Shown: positions 30,029 through 40,301, counted from the first letter of the stretch. The stretch: 64,000 bases of DNA from a virus (IMGVR_UViG_3300026549_000030:32001-96000); one strand, 5' to 3'. Made by a program: numbers and translations. The notes: generated from the letters alone by a model not told the origin.

Positions 30029-30432
30029 TTGAGAACTCCTTTCTTCTTTTCAACTTCTGTCCAAGAACGGAATGCCATATTTCCCTTGAGATATGCCTCA
30101 GCCTCTAAATGGACTAAGTTCTTGTCTTCGGTAATCTTATCGCTCGTATATCCTGATTTCTCAATGTCGCCATCTAATTGTTGACGATAATGTATACATT
30201 CATGGCAAAATGAACGTACACAATCTTTAATCGCCCTGCCATTAATAAATATCCTTATTCCATTGGATTCAGGATCAAAATATGCGGTTTTCATAAAGAT
30301 ATCGTCACCTTGGTCTGTCCTATCAAGAATCACCTTTGGGTACGGCATTTTTGTATACCCCTCTTTAGCCATAAAATCAAATACAGACTTTAAATACTTT
30401 CTATATCTTTTTGCTATTTCGTTCATTTTCAA
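30025..30432 (-). CDS. Putative zincin-like metallopeptidase, 135 aa
   Basis: HECIH (HExxH) plus a downstream EAEAY third-ligand motif. Confidence 0.65.
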   Translation of the reverse strand: MKMNEIAKRYRKYLKSVFDFMAKEGYTKMPYPKVILDRTDQGDDIFMKTAYFDPESNGIRIFINGRAIKDCVRSFCHECIHYRQQLDGDIEKSGYTSDKITEDKNLVHLEAEAYLKGNMAFRSWTEVEKKKGVLK

Positions 30433-31534
30433 TTATTCTGAGTATTTCTTCTTTATCTGTTATTACATCATAAGGGTAATTAATCATAAGATTGGAATAA
30501 TAGAGTAATCTTATTCCTTCTTTTTCACATAATAAATACTTCTTTTTATCGTTATGTTTCGACATTTCGAGTTTTTCTTTACCGCCCCAAGCCTTTACTG
30601 GAACAAAATGCTGTACACCCTGACACTCTATTGCTATTTTCAATTCTGGTATATAAAAATCTAACTGTAAATTATCTAAAAAAGAATATCTATGATTATA
30701 CTCATACTTCACACTATTGTTTTCTAACAATTCTATAATATCGCTTTCCAACTTGCTTTTATAGCACTTCGGGCACCCATGCCCATTCATATGATGAGAA
30801 GGCTGTTGCCAAAACTCTCCATGTTCAGGGCATATTATGCATACCTTCTCCCTATTGTTTACATAATTTACTCTGCTATAATCATAATATTCATTATGAA
30901 CCTCGTTAGACACCTTGATAAACTCTTCCGTTGAAAGTTTACCTACTCCCCCACATTTTGCGCAACCATGCTTGTGAAGATGATCTACAGGGCGTTGCCA
31001 AAACTCTCCATGCTCTGGGCATATTATGCATACCTTTTCCATAGAATTTTTATAAGCAACTCTTGAATAATCATACTTATCGCCATGTACTTTTCTTGCC
31101 TTGCTTATAAAATTTTCTGAAGTATCAGTTCTTTTTGCTACTCTTTTTTCCTTTCCACATATCGGGCAGCCTCTACCATTTAAATGGCTATGAGGCGTTT
31201 GCAAAAATTCACCATGCTTAGGGCAAATAATGCATACCTTTGTATCATTACCATTATATTCTACCTTAGAATAATCATATTTCCAACCATGTACTTCTCT
31301 TGCTTTTAATAGAAAACTTTCTTTAGTGCCAGCTAATTTCTCTTTCATTGCTTCAATTGCGCATTTTGGGCACCCATGGCCTCGAAGAATATCATTCGGT
31401 CTAACTGAAAATTTACCGTGCTTTTTACAAATGATGTCTGTTTTAATATTACTTTTCACATAAACTATATCAGAATAATCATACGCATTCCTATATAGTT
31501 TCTGTAATCGCTCAACAAAAATTTCCGTATTCAT
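30401..31534 (-). CDS. Free-standing putative homing endonuclease: four DUF723-like Zn-binding repeats plus a C-terminal Vsr/DUF559-like nuclease, 377 aa
   Basis: Repeats of HG.KYDYS.V.Y....KVCIICP.HGEFWQ.P..H..G.GCP.C; C-terminal LDFYIPELKIAIECQGVQHF. Confidence 0.85.
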   Translation of the reverse strand: MNTEIFVERLQKLYRNAYDYSDIVYVKSNIKTDIICKKHGKFSVRPNDILRGHGCPKCAIEAMKEKLAGTKESFLLKAREVHGWKYDYSKVEYNGNDTKVCIICPKHGEFLQTPHSHLNGRGCPICGKEKRVAKRTDTSENFISKARKVHGDKYDYSRVAYKNSMEKVCIICPEHGEFWQRPVDHLHKHGCAKCGGVGKLSTEEFIKVSNEVHNEYYDYSRVNYVNNREKVCIICPEHGEFWQQPSHHMNGHGCPKCYKSKLESDIIELLENNSVKYEYNHRYSFLDNLQLDFYIPELKIAIECQGVQHFVPVKAWGGKEKLEMSKHNDKKKYLLCEKEGIRLLYYSNLMINYPYDVITDKEEILRIIENERNSKKI

Positions 31535-31589
31535 ATAATATAAATACGGAAATCGTGAGTAAGTGTTCTTATATTTTCTTTTTTTTTTG

Positions 31590-32159
31590 TTAGCCTATGT
31601 ACTTCTTAATTGTTTCACCAACGATTTTATCAATAGACTCTGCAACGTTACGATAGCTGCCCTGTCCTACACCTGCGTTGTTTAAATCGTACTGATTGAA
31701 CTGAGCCCTGTCCTGACGTGCTGATGCTGCTGCGCCCTGCGCATTATCAGCCTTCTTAGCAAATGCGTCTGCTCCGTACATTTGCTTAATTTGACGGATT
31801 TCAGAAGCCTTCCATTTATTGAGCTCTCCAACTTTCTGCTTATATTCATTTCTGAACTCTTCAATAGCAGCGTCAGCCTCTTGTTTTCTTGAATTAGCAA
31901 GTTCTGCGTTCCTCTTAGCCTTATAGTCATTTGCTCCTGCTGCAGCTGCTGTCGTTCCACCGTACTTCACGCCAGCTTTCAAGCCTGCGGCGGCGCCGCC
32001 AACAGCCGTCTTTGCATTGTCAAACGCATTACGTACTGCGTTTCCTGCACGCTTGAACCAACTGACTTCATCGATTCCCTCGGCTAAAAGGGCGCTCTTT
32101 ATGGTTTTGTTTATAACGTTCCTAAGTTGTTCTTCTGTTAATGGTACTCTTTTTTCCAT
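31590..32159 (-). CDS. Ala-rich helical protein with N-terminal LTEEQLRNVINKTIKSALLAE motif, 189 aa
   Basis: Clean ORF with upstream TATTTAT; Gly/Ala-rich segment followed by coiled coil. Confidence 0.7.
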   Translation of the reverse strand: MEKRVPLTEEQLRNVINKTIKSALLAEGIDEVSWFKRAGNAVRNAFDNAKTAVGGAAAGLKAGVKYGGTTAAAAGANDYKAKRNAELANSRKQEADAAIEEFRNEYKQKVGELNKWKASEIRQIKQMYGADAFAKKADNAQGAAASARQDRAQFNQYDLNNAGVGQGSYRNVAESIDKIVGETIKKYIG

Positions 32160-32221
32160 AATATATTATTTTTTTTTAATAAATATCTGTTTAATGGCAA
32201 AACGTAGGCACACATAAAAGA

Positions 32222-32244
32222 AAATCGCAGATTGCTCTGCGATT
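32222..32244 (-). terminator. Rho-independent terminator after the GNAT gene
   Basis: 9-bp stem AATCGCAGA/TCTGCGATT, GCAA loop on the minus strand, followed by a T-rich tail. Confidence 0.75.
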
Positions 32245-32866
32245 AAAATGTTGCACAATCTATTTCGTTTTTCATTCTTATCAATTCTCGGGAATCTGAG
32301 GCTGAAAGCCCTGAGTAAAATACATCTAAAAATGTTTTAACTGTTTTCTTTGTTATGTTCGTCCTATACATAAGAAGCATACTGTATTCGTAATTTCCGT
32401 CTTTTGATAATGGCGGCTGAGCGTATTTTATAGGAACTTGTTTAAATCCCCACTTTTCATACATTTCTTTTCTCTTAACAGGATCCATTCCAGAATTTTC
32501 TACAGAAACTGTTTCTGGATTGTCTATCTCGATAAAAACATTTCCATAATTTCTTACGGAGCTTTCAAATAAATCCCTTCCAACGCCTTTACGCCTATAC
32601 TCTTCTTTCACAACGAGATAGATTGGCTGAGCAATATCTTCTGTAAGATAATCTGTAACGATTCCTCCAATAACGCACCCGTTATCTTTGGCAAGAATAA
32701 TCCTTGTCTCGGGAGTACCCCCGTTTTTAATTCTGTTTATTATATTTTCAAATGGCTCCCTCTCGTCCTCATTAGGAAAAAGCGGAATATAGAGTGAATC
32801 TCTAAACTCCGCTAAATCTTCCTTAAATATTTCACAATCGGATGCGTTCTTAATGTATATTCTCAT
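32243..32866 (-). CDS. GNAT-family acetyltransferase, 207 aa
   Basis: IYLVVKEEYRRKGVGRDLF (acetyl-CoA motif A) and MYEKWGF. Confidence 0.85.
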   Translation of the reverse strand: MRIYIKNASDCEIFKEDLAEFRDSLYIPLFPNEDEREPFENIINRIKNGGTPETRIILAKDNGCVIGGIVTDYLTEDIAQPIYLVVKEEYRRKGVGRDLFESSVRNYGNVFIEIDNPETVSVENSGMDPVKRKEMYEKWGFKQVPIKYAQPPLSKDGNYEYSMLLMYRTNITKKTVKTFLDVFYSGLSASDSRELIRMKNEIDCATF

Positions 32867-33368
32867 ATCGTTCCCAAATCTTGTGGGTTATGTCCACCCA
32901 ACCGACTCTTACGATTCCGCAAATACGGCACGCAGTTTGTGTTTTCTGATTTTCGTAAAGTCTTTGATTTGTGGTTCTTATATTGAGTGGCCCACATGAT
33001 TCAATATACGGTCCGATTTTGATATAATCAAGAGTATCAAAGAAAAAATCGTCATGAACAACCTCTCTACCTGAATACAATCCAACTTTTAATTTCGGAT
33101 ATTTTTCTTTCACATAAAGAATCAATTTTTCAAGCGATTCCGCGTCGTTTCCCTCACCCATAAAGCAGAAACAAGTGATACCCTCATTTTTCCTTATAAG
33201 CCCGTCTACGGCGTTTTCTGTGAGTTCCTCGCCAATGTTCTGACAAAGGTACGCACTATGACAGCCGGGGCACCTGTTCTGACAATTACTTATGTTTACA
33301 GCAAGCGTGATTTCGTCAGGAATTTCTTCAAAAACAACTTGTGTATCTTGTGGTATGTATTTAATCAT
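32850..33368 (-). CDS. nrdG: Anaerobic ribonucleotide reductase activase (radical SAM)
   Basis: VVFEEIPDEITLAVNISNCQNRCPGCHS (CxxxCxxC), IKIGPY, TTNQRLY; likely start MIKYIP at 33368. Confidence 0.92.
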   Translation of the reverse strand: MIKYIPQDTQVVFEEIPDEITLAVNISNCQNRCPGCHSAYLCQNIGEELTENAVDGLIRKNEGITCFCFMGEGNDAESLEKLILYVKEKYPKLKVGLYSGREVVHDDFFFDTLDYIKIGPYIESCGPLNIRTTNQRLYENQKTQTACRICGIVRVGWVDITHKIWERYENIH

Positions 33369-34431
33369 TTTCTTCATGTTTTTTATACCCATGAACCTTG
33401 AATAAATGACACTCTTTACAATATGTTATTAAGTTGCCCATATCATTCATTCTCGGATCATTAGTCATTATCTTAAAAAGTTTCTCCTCATCTTTCTGTA
33501 CATCAAATGTACTATTTTCTGCTAAAATTTCATTAAATATCTCTTTAAATGGCTTAATATGATGAACATGTAATTGTTTTCTTGAACCGCACATTTGGCA
33601 CCTTTTTCCATCCCGTTCAATCACGTCTTTTACTTGGTAGCATCTGAAATACTCTCTTAGCCTCATATATAATCCACTCCTTCCTCCTTTCCAATTAGGA
33701 TGCTTTTCACCTGAAAATAAGCCGATTTTTGCTTCTGATGAAGTTCTTTTTTGTATTCCTAACTCCCTCAATACTCTATCAACAAAATTCGCAGAAACAT
33801 TAAATTGAACGGCAATATCCTTTTTTGATAAATGTCTTTCTATATATAAATCATATACTACCTGAAAGTCTTTTAGTTCTTCTGGGAATTGTTTATTGTT
33901 CTTAACAAAATGTGATTCTGATAATTTCCTTCTGTCAATGCCACAATGCGACAAGTGCTTTATAACCGTTCTATGTGTTACGCCAATTATCTTCGCTATA
34001 TCAGTTGTTGATTTCCCATTCTTGTATAAATAAACTATCTTCTCATCATTGGAATCGTCATAAAAATCTCGTGACATCATTGATACTGTTCTCTTAAGCC
34101 CAAGTTCTTTAACTTCCCTATCTACCGCCTTCGGAGAAACGTTCAGTATCTTTGCAATCTCATTTATTGGGGAGCCATCGTTAAAAAGAGATTTCATTTT
34201 TTCTACGTCCCCAACTTTTTGCTTGAACGGAGATGTTATATTGTACTCTTTCCCTTTAATGCTACCTTTTTCTCTTAATTGAACGCCCTCACGCCTAAGT
34301 ATTCTATTTATCGTTGAGAGCGAACAACCAACTATTTCGCCAATCTCTTTGGTTGTTTTTAGTTCATTAAGATATAAATGCTTAATTGTTTCAATATCTA
34401 AGTTTTTCATATTAATGCGTTCATACATCAA
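33361..34431 (-). CDS. Free-standing HNH endonuclease with N-terminal tandem HTH repeats
   Basis: Four HTH-like units, HPNWKGG, RDGKRCQMCG..LHVHHIKPF..NLITYCKECH; true start may be the ATG at 34410. Confidence 0.85.
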   Translation of the reverse strand: MMYERINMKNLDIETIKHLYLNELKTTKEIGEIVGCSLSTINRILRREGVQLREKGSIKGKEYNITSPFKQKVGDVEKMKSLFNDGSPINEIAKILNVSPKAVDREVKELGLKRTVSMMSRDFYDDSNDEKIVYLYKNGKSTTDIAKIIGVTHRTVIKHLSHCGIDRRKLSESHFVKNNKQFPEELKDFQVVYDLYIERHLSKKDIAVQFNVSANFVDRVLRELGIQKRTSSEAKIGLFSGEKHPNWKGGRSGLYMRLREYFRCYQVKDVIERDGKRCQMCGSRKQLHVHHIKPFKEIFNEILAENSTFDVQKDEEKLFKIMTNDPRMNDMGNLITYCKECHLFKVHGYKKHEEND

Positions 34432-34468
34432 TAAATATATGAACTACCAAAAAAGAATAAACAAAAAG

Positions 34469-34500
34469 AAAAAAGATAGTATCAAATACTATCTTTTTTT
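34469..34500 (-). terminator. Hairpin terminator at the nrdD stop
   Basis: AAAAAGATAGTAT-CAA-ATACTATCTTTTT perfect inverted repeat. Confidence 0.6.
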
Positions 34501-36638
34501 GTATATACTCTTGTTTTTTGCTCTATTCTTCTACCTTCACTCCAATTTTTAATTTTTGTAAGATACCCAATTACTCTGTCATAATAATCAATATGTTCGC
34601 TTCCGCATTTTGGGCATACTGTGAACGGCTGTTTTGCAATATACCCACAATCCCTACATTCTGCGTTTGGAACATTGTATGTATGATAACTACACCCAAC
34701 TTCTGCAGCATATTGAAGCAATTTCCAATACTGTTCTTTGCTTAAATGGGAATCTAAGTTTATATGAGCCGCTGCGCCTCCATCAAGATTATCAGTGGCG
34801 AAATTTGTTCCCATCATATATAGCTTATCGAGTACTGACGTATTCTCATTTGGCTTATATATGTAACTAGCATATAGGTTGGTATCATCCGGCACCCAGT
34901 ATCCGTCTTCTTTATCCCAGTTATAAAATTTCACTGCCACAGATTCGGCTGGTACCTGTTCTGTATTGAACGTTGTCTTCTTTGTCTTATGCTTTTCGTT
35001 TTCTTCTTTGACCGTTCCAAAAATAAACCGGCAGAACTCACTATATGCTTTATTTTTGCTGCACTTTAGACCAAGAAATTCTGCTGCCTGATTGAGTCCA
35101 TTCAATCCAATTGTCAGATATTGCTTGTTTAAATCAATAAATCCTGCACTGTAAACAGGAAGAAGCCCCGCGTCATACATATCCCACAAATATTCGTTGT
35201 ATGCCGTATGATACTTGTAAACACGATTCAATATCTTAACAATATGCGAACGATAGTTTGTCTTATTTTCTTCTGTGAAGTTTTTAAAACATGGGCGCTC
35301 CCCAAATTCTTTTTTACAGAAATCTTGGGTTATTCTGTTAAGATTAAGCGTAATAACAGACTTTGAGCCTGTCTCTACACCAATATTTCCATTCGTGAAA
35401 CTAAACTCTTTTGTCTGAACTTTATTTCTCAACCTGCAACAAGAACTAAGTGAATCTGCCGTTTCAGAAATATAAATAAAGAAAGAATGCCCTCTTTCTA
35501 ACTCCTCTGCAACAAATCGCGCATTTTCCTCATCAACAAATTTTCCATCCTTATATATCAAGGCAAATGACTCAACTGGGAACGTGAGAACTTTTCTCAG
35601 CCTCTCCGCATTAAACCACTTCATAAATTCTTTCTGAAGCCAATTGAGACTTTCCCATTTTGGCTGTGTTCCGTCAGGGAAATAAAATTCACCAAACATT
35701 GCGTCAAAGAATGGTTTGTCAAAATACGAAAAGTTAAGAAATGGAGACTGCGAATTACGACTCGAAGCCGGACTGTTGACTGAATATATCACACCCTGAA
35801 AATGCTGTTCTATTTCACTACGAATAGTCTTCTTCTTTTTGCTTCTTCCGCAAGAAATTACATCTTCCGGATAAAGATAATAGTCGTCGCCCCATTCTTT
35901 TCTCGCAAACCAGTCGAAAAATAATAAAAATTCTGGCGTGGCAACCGCACCTGCATACTGAGATGCTATGGCAAAAAGTAAATTATTAAAAGAACCGCAA
36001 TATCCCGCCAGATTTTGAGGCGCTTCTGAAGTTCCACCAATAACCTTTGTTCCATTTAAGATAAATGGATACATAGATATGGAAACGCAGTATGGCGCAA
36101 TTGGGCCAGCAAAAGAAGATTCATCATGTTTATATAAGATATGCCCATTAAGATCCTTGGTGTAATTTCTGCTGTTAAAAGTAGGATACAATTTTTGAAG
36201 CTTATGCTCTATCATTGCGCGGCTAATCATTATATTTGTATCTTTGTGGATTTCAGCATTCAATAAACTTACATTCTTTCCGGTTGCATTTGAATTATCG
36301 TCGATTGTTGCATCTGCATTGTTTTGAGAAGCTTTATATCTCTCAATGAACTCTTCCTTGCTTAGCACAAATTGGCATATAGCTTCACGTTTTGCCCAAT
36401 TAAGAATGTATGCTTTCGCCGCATTGAAATTTCTCTTTGCTAGCTCTTCTTCTACAAACCTTCTTATTTCTTGACTACTTGTTCCTTCTACAACATGCTC
36501 TTCAACTGCATTTACCGTTTCTGCAATTAGCGGATTGTCTCTCTTTTCACCAGACATTACATATGCCTCACATATTCCTTTCTTTACCTTATCCCTGCTG
36601 AACTCCTCATAAGTCCCGTCACTTTTTCTTACTTCCAT
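34482..36638 (-). CDS. nrdD: Class III anaerobic ribonucleoside-triphosphate reductase, 718 aa
   Basis: N-terminal ATP cone (VRKSDG), PYC, SLSSCCRL, EQVPAES, Zn site CRDCG..CPKCG and glycyl-radical loop DRVIGYL. Confidence 0.96.
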   Translation of the reverse strand: MEVRKSDGTYEEFSRDKVKKGICEAYVMSGEKRDNPLIAETVNAVEEHVVEGTSSQEIRRFVEEELAKRNFNAAKAYILNWAKREAICQFVLSKEEFIERYKASQNNADATIDDNSNATGKNVSLLNAEIHKDTNIMISRAMIEHKLQKLYPTFNSRNYTKDLNGHILYKHDESSFAGPIAPYCVSISMYPFILNGTKVIGGTSEAPQNLAGYCGSFNNLLFAIASQYAGAVATPEFLLFFDWFARKEWGDDYYLYPEDVISCGRSKKKKTIRSEIEQHFQGVIYSVNSPASSRNSQSPFLNFSYFDKPFFDAMFGEFYFPDGTQPKWESLNWLQKEFMKWFNAERLRKVLTFPVESFALIYKDGKFVDEENARFVAEELERGHSFFIYISETADSLSSCCRLRNKVQTKEFSFTNGNIGVETGSKSVITLNLNRITQDFCKKEFGERPCFKNFTEENKTNYRSHIVKILNRVYKYHTAYNEYLWDMYDAGLLPVYSAGFIDLNKQYLTIGLNGLNQAAEFLGLKCSKNKAYSEFCRFIFGTVKEENEKHKTKKTTFNTEQVPAESVAVKFYNWDKEDGYWVPDDTNLYASYIYKPNENTSVLDKLYMMGTNFATDNLDGGAAAHINLDSHLSKEQYWKLLQYAAEVGCSYHTYNVPNAECRDCGYIAKQPFTVCPKCGSEHIDYYDRVIGYLTKIKNWSEGRRIEQKTRVYTKKDSI

Positions 36639-36723
36639 TCTTAATTTTTAAACTAATTTTTGTTATTATTCGAGGGTAATCATAAATAGAATTTTTCCTC
36701 CTATTAAGCCCGAAAAATTAACC

Positions 36724-36756
36724 AAAAAAGTCGGAAAAATTTCACTTTTTTCCGAC
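36724..36756 (-). terminator. Rho-independent terminator after the helicase
   Basis: GTCGGAAAAA..TTTTTCCGAC stem with an adjacent A-run on the plus strand. Confidence 0.7.
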
Positions 36757-36775
36757 GTTATTGTTAGTCAAATAG

Positions 36776-38227
36776 TTACTCATTGTGGAGATTGAAACTT
36801 CGTCGAGCGTCACGAATCATCTCCTGCTGAATCTGTTTTTCCTTCTCCGTTGCGAACTCATTATATTCCAGAATGTCGTCAAATTCAACTACATCGCTGC
36901 AATCAATCGTACATGTTCCGTTGTTGAAATAAACACCTTCAAGGTTGATAGTGTCTCGCCCACCTCGGTTCTTCAAGAGTGAAATTGTTGCACGATATTC
37001 CTTCTTCTGCTCAGGCGTACGGCTGATAGAAATGATAACGTGGGAAATCTGTCCCTTCTTGATTGAACCTCCCATTTTATCGGTGGTTACAATCTCGCTC
37101 ATAATACTATCCCTGTTACCCTGACAAGGAATCCAAATTGCGATGTCAAGTTCCGCTGCCAGGTTCTCGAGTTTTCTCATAGTGCGTCCCTCTCTCTCGG
37201 TAACGTCAAGTTTGCCCGTTCCCGGCTCGGGTGCAATACACTCAAAGTAGTCGATTACAACAAAATCAGGCTTGAACCCTTCATTCGTAACTTTGAGAAT
37301 GTAATTCTTGATATCGGCAACCGTCTTTTCTCCTGAAAGGAATCTGACAATCCTGATATTGGAGTTGATAAGTTCCTTGTCCTTAGAATTTGCAAGGATT
37401 TGTCGTACCTTATTGGTGGTTTCTTCATCCTTATTCAAGTCCGCAGTTTCAACCTGACTGATTTTCGAGAAATATTTCCTATGAATATCCCTATGGGTGT
37501 CCTCGAAAATAATCTGCAATCCCTTGAATCCTTCATAATTGTTAGCTTCACAGAGATATGTAGCGGCATTCGCCGCATAGCAGGTAGTCATTGAAGTCTT
37601 ACCAAACCCCGTAGGACCAATAATGAGCCCAAGTTTACCCTTTTCAAGCCCTCCGCCAAGAACAGTGTCAAGTTTGCTTACGCCAGTAGGTATATGAACC
37701 GTGTGTTCTTCTGACAAGTCTTCCTCAACTGACTCGAAAGGCGTTGTCATACTGTCCTCGTGACGACGTACGGAAAAAATGTCTGACATTTCCTGTGAAT
37801 ACTTCGAAACCTCTTCCATTGTAGCGCCTGCTACTACGGACTGAACCATTTCGTTAGCACAACGGATTATCTCCTGCTGCTTGAAGAATTCCAAGCCGAG
37901 TTCCTCAATCTGCCCGCGCCCTTCGCAGGTAGTTTTCCTGAGTTTCTCGATTGTCTCGTTATAATACTGTAAGTCGTCATCATTGTGCACAAGTTTCTCC
38001 CTTACCTTGATGTTAATCATCTCATAGGAAGGGACAGAACCTGTGGCGTCATAGTAATCCTTCATAACACCCACGATTCCCCTCAGACAGGGCTCTGTGA
38101 AAGCGTTCTGCTCTACGACGGAATATATATCCTTAAAGAATTTTCCGTCCTCTACGAAGGAACTTACAAGCCTGTACTGATAATCGGCACCGAGAAATCC
38201 TAATGTTCTTTTCTCAATCTTTGCCAT
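36776..38227 (-). CDS. DnaB / T4 gp41-like replicative helicase, 483 aa
   Basis: IPTGVSKLD..GGGL, Walker A GPTGFGKT, VVIDY, QGNR, LLKNRGG. Confidence 0.92.
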   Translation of the reverse strand: MAKIEKRTLGFLGADYQYRLVSSFVEDGKFFKDIYSVVEQNAFTEPCLRGIVGVMKDYYDATGSVPSYEMINIKVREKLVHNDDDLQYYNETIEKLRKTTCEGRGQIEELGLEFFKQQEIIRCANEMVQSVVAGATMEEVSKYSQEMSDIFSVRRHEDSMTTPFESVEEDLSEEHTVHIPTGVSKLDTVLGGGLEKGKLGLIIGPTGFGKTSMTTCYAANAATYLCEANNYEGFKGLQIIFEDTHRDIHRKYFSKISQVETADLNKDEETTNKVRQILANSKDKELINSNIRIVRFLSGEKTVADIKNYILKVTNEGFKPDFVVIDYFECIAPEPGTGKLDVTEREGRTMRKLENLAAELDIAIWIPCQGNRDSIMSEIVTTDKMGGSIKKGQISHVIISISRTPEQKKEYRATISLLKNRGGRDTINLEGVYFNNGTCTIDCSDVVEFDDILEYNEFATEKEKQIQQEMIRDARRSFNLHNE

Positions 38228-38239
38228 GATTACAGTATA

Positions 38240-39049
38240 TTATTGGTTACGGAAATAAGCGTTTGTTTTAGCCCGATACTCGGCTTCTACTTTCTTGATG
38301 TACTTTTCCTCAGTATTCGCAATGTCAAGGTCATACTTGCGTCCGCCATAATCAAGGTACGTGGTGTACTCAGAAACGTCGTCGTAGCTGCACGCGGTGC
38401 TGAGGGCATTGAGTATCTTTGGAATAATACTCGTCATAGACTTCATGTACTTCTTAATGAGGAAAGACTCAATAGGTGCCTTAGTTACACCGTCAACCTC
38501 ATACTTGTTCTTAGAATTGGACAAGTCGATATTGCTTCTTACGAAGCGGGGACATATATTGGAAATGTCCCAAGAGACGGAACGAACCTCGTTCTTATTC
38601 TCCAAGAAGGAGAACTTAAGGATACACGGCTGCTCGGGAGCGGAACCGTCGAAATCGCTCGTATCGAACTTGTTGGCCCAAGGGAGCATTTCATTTCCGT
38701 TCCAATTGAAGATTTCCTTCGTTTCGCGGAGCACTGCAAAGCACGGAACCTCGAGTTTGAACCTATCTTCCTTGTGGTTCGCCACCCACGTGTCCATTTC
38801 TTCGCGGTTTTGGAACACCTGAGGAGCCATATACCAATTGAATATATTGGACTTCTCAATGAGATCCTTATTAATAATATCTACACACTTCTCAACAGCC
38901 TCTGTAAGCTGAAGAGAGACAAGTGAACGCTCCCTGAATCCGCCGATTCTGAAATAACGCTGGCAAACGATGTTCTCATTCACCGTAAGAACGAACTCAA
39001 AACGTTCAACCCTGATTTGATTGTCTTCTAAACTTTTGTTCTCTACCAT
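38240..39049 (-). CDS. Conserved hypothetical protein between exonuclease and helicase, 269 aa
   Basis: FEFVLTVNENIVCQRYF; own TATATTTG element at 39086-39093. Confidence 0.7.
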   Translation of the reverse strand: MVENKSLEDNQIRVERFEFVLTVNENIVCQRYFRIGGFRERSLVSLQLTEAVEKCVDIINKDLIEKSNIFNWYMAPQVFQNREEMDTWVANHKEDRFKLEVPCFAVLRETKEIFNWNGNEMLPWANKFDTSDFDGSAPEQPCILKFSFLENKNEVRSVSWDISNICPRFVRSNIDLSNSKNKYEVDGVTKAPIESFLIKKYMKSMTSIIPKILNALSTACSYDDVSEYTTYLDYGGRKYDLDIANTEEKYIKKVEAEYRAKTNAYFRNQ

Positions 39050-39095
39050 TGATGGTTACTTTAAATGTTAAACAATAAACTATATCAAATATACA

Positions 39096-40301
39096 CTAAT
39101 TTTCTTTAACAGATTCTTCGTATCTCTTAATCTCTCTCTCCGCAAAACTTTTAAACGGAGCGAAAAATGATGCAAATTTTGTGTTGTTATTGAATTCTAC
39201 GATTCCGTCCTCAACAATATACTGATAAAGGTTCTTAAAGGAGCGCCCTTCCGGGTCCTGAGGAGCATACATCATAGATTCCATAGCCTCCTCTGCCTCT
39301 TTCGACAGTAGTGGGTGCTTCAAATCTATTATTTTTGTGTTGATCTCATAGAAGTCTCCCGCATATTCCTTATTCGAAACCCCATTAACAACGTTCTCGT
39401 GAACTTTTAATGGTTTTTTCTTGTTGTCAATGCGTTCCTGTATCAATTTCTTACACCTATCTATCACCTCGTCCGCAGTAATAGCTCGGTCAAGTGCCTC
39501 TGGCATAAGTTTAAAGAACCCTTCCTCCGAAAGCCCCTTAATATTACCTATATTATCGCTCGCATCGCCTGTAAAAATCTTCTTTACAAGTACGTTGCGG
39601 TAATCATACCCGAAATTTTCCTTGAAATTCTTGTTCGTTATAAATTTCTTGATTCCTTCACGCTGATTATATATGCAAACGTCGTCTGCAAGAAGCTGTG
39701 CTAGGTCCATATCTGTAGACATAATAACAATCTTCTCATTCGGCTTCTTATGCATACAATAATATGCTATTTGATCATCTCCCTCCGTGATTTCATCAAT
39801 ATTCCACCTAATATAGAGCTCATTGAAGTACCTGCAAAGGATATCTCGCTCCCTATCGAAATTTGCATCGATAAATTTCTCCCAATCCGACTTTTCCTTG
39901 CTGTTGTACTTTTCTGCGGTTCCGTTTTTCTTGTTGAAATACTGCATCATACTGCGGACCTTTTCATTCACCTGCTTCATATAGTCAGAAATACCATAAT
40001 CAGCATAATGCTTATCTCTATTCGCCTTATATTGTGGATATTCGTAAAATCTGAGGACTCCGCTGTACTCATTATCGAAAAAGACGTAGATATATTGGAA
40101 TTCACCCTTGGTAATCATCATTCTAAGCTGAAGTAGGAACTGAAAAACGCCGCCATAGTGCAATCCGTCGGAATTTACCTTAGTATCAGCCATACAACTG
40201 AATAAAAGGCTATTTCCGTCAACTAAAAGCGTCCTAAATGGGGGTTCCTGTATTAAATCAGGGTGAACTTCCTGTATTTTTTTTCTTATTGGTTGTGGCA
40301 T
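39096..40301 (-). CDS. 5'-3' exonuclease / flap endonuclease (Pol I N-terminal / T4 RNase H-like), 401 aa
   Basis: TLLVDGNSL, YPQYKANR, EGDDQIAYY, STDMDLAQL, GDASDNIGNIKG. Confidence 0.92.
   Translation of the reverse strand: MPQPIRKKIQEVHPDLIQEPPFRTLLVDGNSLLFSCMADTKVNSDGLHYGGVFQFLLQLRMMITKGEFQYIYVFFDNEYSGVLRFYEYPQYKANRDKHYADYGISDYMKQVNEKVRSMMQYFNKKNGTAEKYNSKEKSDWEKFIDANFDRERDILCRYFNELYIRWNIDEITEGDDQIAYYCMHKKPNEKIVIMSTDMDLAQLLADDVCIYNQREGIKKFITNKNFKENFGYDYRNVLVKKIFTGDASDNIGNIKGLSEEGFFKLMPEALDRAITADEVIDRCKKLIQERIDNKKKPLKVHENVVNGVSNKEYAGDFYEINTKIIDLKHPLLSKEAEEAMESMMYAPQDPEGRSFKNLYQYIVEDGIVEFNNNTKFASFFAPFKSFAEREIKRYEESVKEN

Noticed and set aside
34482-38227. Inteins or introns in nrdD or the helicase
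   Set aside because: Both are continuous and of ordinary length, with no splice-junction motifs seen
38243-38926. 227-aa and 141-aa plus-strand ORFs (likewise 44172..44798)
   Set aside because: Antisense shadows of minus-strand genes
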